A stretch of 64,000 nt of DNA from Chiloscyllium plagiosum (taxonomy: Eukaryota). Shown here piece by piece: positions 59,751 to 64,000 of this stretch. Position 1 is the stretch's first letter; each line of letters starts with the position of its first letter. The notes below the pieces were generated by a model. The model worked only from the letters and a program-made list of their open reading frames with translations. It was not told the DNA's origin and did no database searches. The DNA lies in NCBI RefSeq assembly GCF_004010195.1, contig NC_057720.1, positions 10,963,181 to 11,027,180 on the forward strand, given 5' to 3'. A program made the position numbers and the translations under genes.

Positions 59751-61562
59751 GTATTGAGATGATGTGGAAAATTATTGAGCCGGTAATAATGTAGGTATCA
59801 GACAACACAGCAGTTGTGTTTGTATTTTATTTTTGTAAGTGTGTTGATATACTGCTGTGTGACTCATTGAGAACTTGGATCTTGGCAGTGAAACTGCTGA
59901 AGAAGAACAGAGTTGTCAATGCCTCTGATCCATAGACCCCAAGTCTCATCCAACTCACCAAGCCCCCATTGGCGTAAAGTCTCCTCATGTGAATAGAAGC
60001 TGGAGAGTTGGAACCTGTTGAGTCATGGTCTCAAATTTAGATGGACTGCTTTGCATCCCTCATGGTTTTGGGGCACAGATACAAAAAAAAGCACAGTCTT
60101 GTAACAGAGAATACAATGCATTATTCTCATTGACAATTCAGTGCAATCCTAGATCATCCACATCGTTCCACTGCAAGCAACAATACTTGCTCCCATATCT
60201 AAGAGAGCTGGCTTAATGCACCTCTTGAGAGAGACAAAAGCAGTGATGTGACATCAGAAGTTAGTTACCAATTGGATGTTCTCTGATAGAACATGGAAAA
60301 AAAAGCCTGTTTTTTCAAAGGAAGAGGCATGTGATCTCAAGGTCATTTCACATTTCCTTTCTGCCAAATACATTATATGAGTCTTAAGAATTTACACATT
60401 AATCTCTAATTGTGTGGGTATGGGAAGGGGGCGTGAATCTCTATTGAATTCAGTGACACCAAGCGATGAATAAGTGAAAACATGGTGTAATTCCAGGCTC
60501 AGTCAGAGGCTGAGAAACCTGCTCAAGTCTTGCTGTTAAATCTGATATTTACAGAAAAAGAGGTTGAGTGACAGAGGTTACAGAGTTTATTCAAAGGTTG
60601 TGGAGCAAATATAAATCAGGTACTGAACAAATATTACCTGTGAATTAACCTTTACACCAATCTGCAAAGTAATTTGAAATGATCATTTTAGATTTCCTTT
60701 AAGCTTAAGAATTATTATTTTCTGATGACTCCATTTCTTTTTAACTGCACCAAGAATTTTTGCCATGTTTTGTATTCCATTTTCCAAGGACCCGAAAAGA
60801 TTAATTACAGTACAACAACCAGTGAGTTTGCAATTACTTTGAAACCATTGAAACCATTGAATTAATCTTCCTGGTGTTCATGATTGAATTTTCTACCAAC
60901 AAAATATTACAAATGATTTTCAAGTTTTCTGTAATTACTGCTTTCAAATTTTGCATTGCAATAGGCATAAATGAAATATTTCTATGTCTTGTGCTATAAA
61001 ATTGGGTTAAATAAAACACTGGGGTTAGACAGAAACAAACCCAAATCCACAGAAAATAATTCAGTTAGACTATGGAGTCTATCGCTTCTCTCATTCATGT
61101 TTCCAAGGGTTAGACTGTGCACTTCCATTGGCTTGATCAATGCTAGTGGGCAATGTACTGCAGTGGTTTGTCATTGCCTGTAGCTGTCTTGCTCGCCACC
61201 AGGCGACCTGGATGGATTTACAGGCCAACCCCCTCAGTTGCATTGTGAACACACCTTCCATGACCGACAATGTGATTGAAACATGGAGCATCTGGCCTAG
61301 ACTTAGGGACACTACTACTGTGCTACAAGACTGCCAGACAGCACAGCCCTGAGAAAGAAAAAGCAATTTAGACCACAAGGAATAAATATTGAGGAGGACT
61401 TAAAAGAGTTGGCAAAAAAATCTCAGAATTGTAACGGTGCAGAAGGAAGCTATTCAGCCCATCATGCCTGTACTGGGGTCTATTACCTAGTGCCAATCTC
61501 CTACCTTTTCCCCATACCTCTGCACACTTTTTCTATGCAAATAATCATCCAATACCCTCTTA

Positions 61563-61985
61563 AGGTCTTACGAGGAAAGGCTGAGGGACTTGAGGTTGTT
61601 TTCGTTAGAGAGAAGAAGGTTGAGAGGTGACTTAATAGAGACATATAAGATAATCAGAGGGTTAGATAGGGTGGACAGGGAGAGCCTTTTTCCAAGTATG
61701 GTGACGGCGAGCACGAGGGGGCATAGCTTTAAATTGAGGGGTGATAGATATAGGACAGATGTCAGAGGTAGTTTCTTTACTCAGAGAGTAGTAAGGGTAT
61801 GGAATGCTTTGCCTGCAACGGTAGTAGATTCGCCAACTTTAAGTACATTTAAGTCGTCATTGGACAGGCATATAGACGTACATGGAATAGTGTAGGTTAG
61901 ATGGGCTTCAGATTGATATGACAGGGCGGCGCAACATCGAGAGCCGAAGGGCCTGTACTGCGCTGTAATGTTCTATGTTCTAAGT
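61563..61985 (+). mobile_element. Young CR1 3' end
   Basis: LFSLERRRLRGDLIETYKIIRGLDRV open frame; CpGs retained; ttctatgttcta tail. Confidence 0.9.
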
Positions 61986-62619
61986 TCTAAGTGCCTCCAT
62001 TGACCTGCCTTTACCTGATTTCCAGGCAGTACATTCCAAATCCTAACTACTAATTGTATTAGAAATATGGAAATATATAGGAGGGTGATAACCTAGTGAT
62101 GTTATCAGTGGACTGTTAATCCGGAGACCCAGGTAATCTTCTGGGGACCCAGGTTTGAAACCTGCCATAGTAGATGGAGTAATTTGAATTTAATAATAAA
62201 ACAAACAAAATCTGGAATTAAGAGTCTAATGATAACCATGATTCCATTGTCCGTTGTCGATTGTCAGAAAAACCCATCGGGTTCACCAATGTCCTTTAGG
62301 GAAGGAAACTGCCATCCTTTCCTGGTCTGGCCTACATGTGACTGCAGATGCACAGCAAAATGGTGGGCAATTAGGGATGGGCAATAAATGCTGGCCTAGA
62401 TGCCGTCATCCTGTGAATGAATAAAAAACAATTACACTTGCTTCATTTGCACATCACTTTAAAATTGTGCCTTTTTGTTCATTTTTCTTTCATGGGTGGG
62501 AACATCTCTCTATCTACTCTATCCACCCCACTCATGACTTTCAACACACTCATCAAATTTCCTCTCAGTCTGCTTCTCTCCAGGGACAACAGTCCCAACT
62601 TCTTCAGTCTGACTGAAGC

Positions 62620-63705
62620 AACATTTGCAGCTCTGAAGCAGACTATGACCTGGACAATATCAGGCTTGGGCTAAAAGATGTTAAGCAACATGCACACCAC
62701 ACAAGTGACAAGCAATTACAATCTTCAATAAGAAACAATCTAACCACTGCTCTTTGACATTACCATCACTGAATCCCCCACATCAAAATCTTGGGGGTTA
62801 CCATTGACCAGAAACCACATTGGACTCACCATATCAATACATTGGCTCCGAGGACAGACCAGAGACTAGGAATACTGCAGTGAGTAACTCCTCTCTCCTG
62901 ACTCCCGAAAGCTTTGGCCTCCACAGCCTTCTGCGGCAATGATTCACCTCTCTCTGGTTGATAAAAATTCTTCCTCATAGCTGTTCTAAAGGTCATTCCT
63001 TCAATCTGAGGCTGTATCCTTGTGTCCAATCTCTCCTACTAGTGGAAACATCATTTCCACATCCAGTCCTCTCAATATTCTGTACATTTCAATGAGATCT
63101 CCCGTTATCCTTCTAAACTTCCTCAAAAACAGACCCAGAATCTTCAACTACTCCTCATATGTCAATCTCAACAGAAAGCCCCCCCAAAGCCAGCATATCC
63201 TCCCTTAGGTACAGGGCCCAAAATGCTCCCGATTATCCTGGGTGAGTCCAGTTCTAACATCACTCAAGAAGCTTGACACCATCCAGGGCAAAGCTACCCA
63301 TTTGATTGACATCACTTCCACAACCATTTAGCCACTCCAACACCGATGTTCAGTTGCAGCAGTGTGTACTATCTCTAAGATGCATTGCAGAAATTTACCA
63401 AAGATACTCAGACAGCACCTTCCAAACCCATGACCACATCCATCGAGAAGGGCAAGGGCAGCAGATTCAAGAGTAAACTCCTCTCCAGGTCACTAATCAT
63501 TCCGACTTGGAAACATATCAATGTTCTTTCAGTGTCGTTGGGTCCAAATCCTGGAATTCTCTCCTTAACAGCATGGTGGTGTACCTACAGCACTAGGACT
63601 CTGGACTTCAAGAAGGCAGCTCACCACCACCTACTCAAGGACAACTAAGGACGGGCAATAAATACTGACCCGGTTACTGATTCCCAGATCCAATGTGAGT
63701 GAGTT
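62620..63705 (+). mobile_element. CR1-clade LINE 3' region with a nested minus-strand CR1 fragment (~62915-63225)
   Basis: Same family as 32425-33410. Confidence 0.65.
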
Positions 63706-64000
63706 AAAAAAAAGTTCCTAATTTCAGGAATCATTCTTGTAAAATCACTTCTGCCCCCTCCAAAACTAGAGAAAATGAAAAGGATTTTCCCTCAGATTTA
63801 TTTAAGATCAGGAAAACAATAGGTGTGGGATTCCAAAAGACAGCTGATCATGTACTTGACGAGAGCTATTATGCAGGATTGTAGCGGAAACAGTAGGGAT
63901 GCGCTACTAAATTAGATAGCGCTTACAAAGAGTCAGCAAAGACTTAACTGGCCAAATGGTCTTCTACTGCACTGTAAAATTCAATGCTTAAAAGAGCGGA

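Noticed and set aside
53278..64000. Terminal ODF2L exon (recalled QNYVxFLKxSY motif)
   Set aside because: Not found; candidates near 59386 and 60497 lack similarity. Probably beyond the window.

Overview
Eukaryotic, repeat-rich genomic DNA, almost certainly from a shark (abundant HE1 and SacSINE1-like SINEs, CR1/HER1-type LINEs). The whole window is the interior of one + strand multi-exon gene encoding a long coiled-coil protein of the ODF2 family, most likely ODF2L. Eleven intact coding exons were identified by hand between 1016 and 53277; the first and last exons lie outside the window. Main observations: (1) two in-frame internal exons appear dead (36803-36892 with a stop, a lost donor and a solo LTR in its acceptor; 42249-~42389 with frameshifts), while the flanking exons remain intact and splice in frame; (2) one expected phase 2-to-0 exon cannot be found, and a candidate alternative donor at 22284 would rescue the frame; (3) a GC-AG intron; (4) the introns contain many Penelope-like elements and short Penelope-derived hairpin insertions from at least 4-5 families that carry minimal type I hammerhead ribozyme motifs, 10-16 bp target-site duplications and a 30-40 nt unpaired tail. 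Four N gaps (1948-2758, 27746-28207, 29294-29793, 34449-34476) limit what can be seen. Homologue comparisons are from memory, not from a database search.
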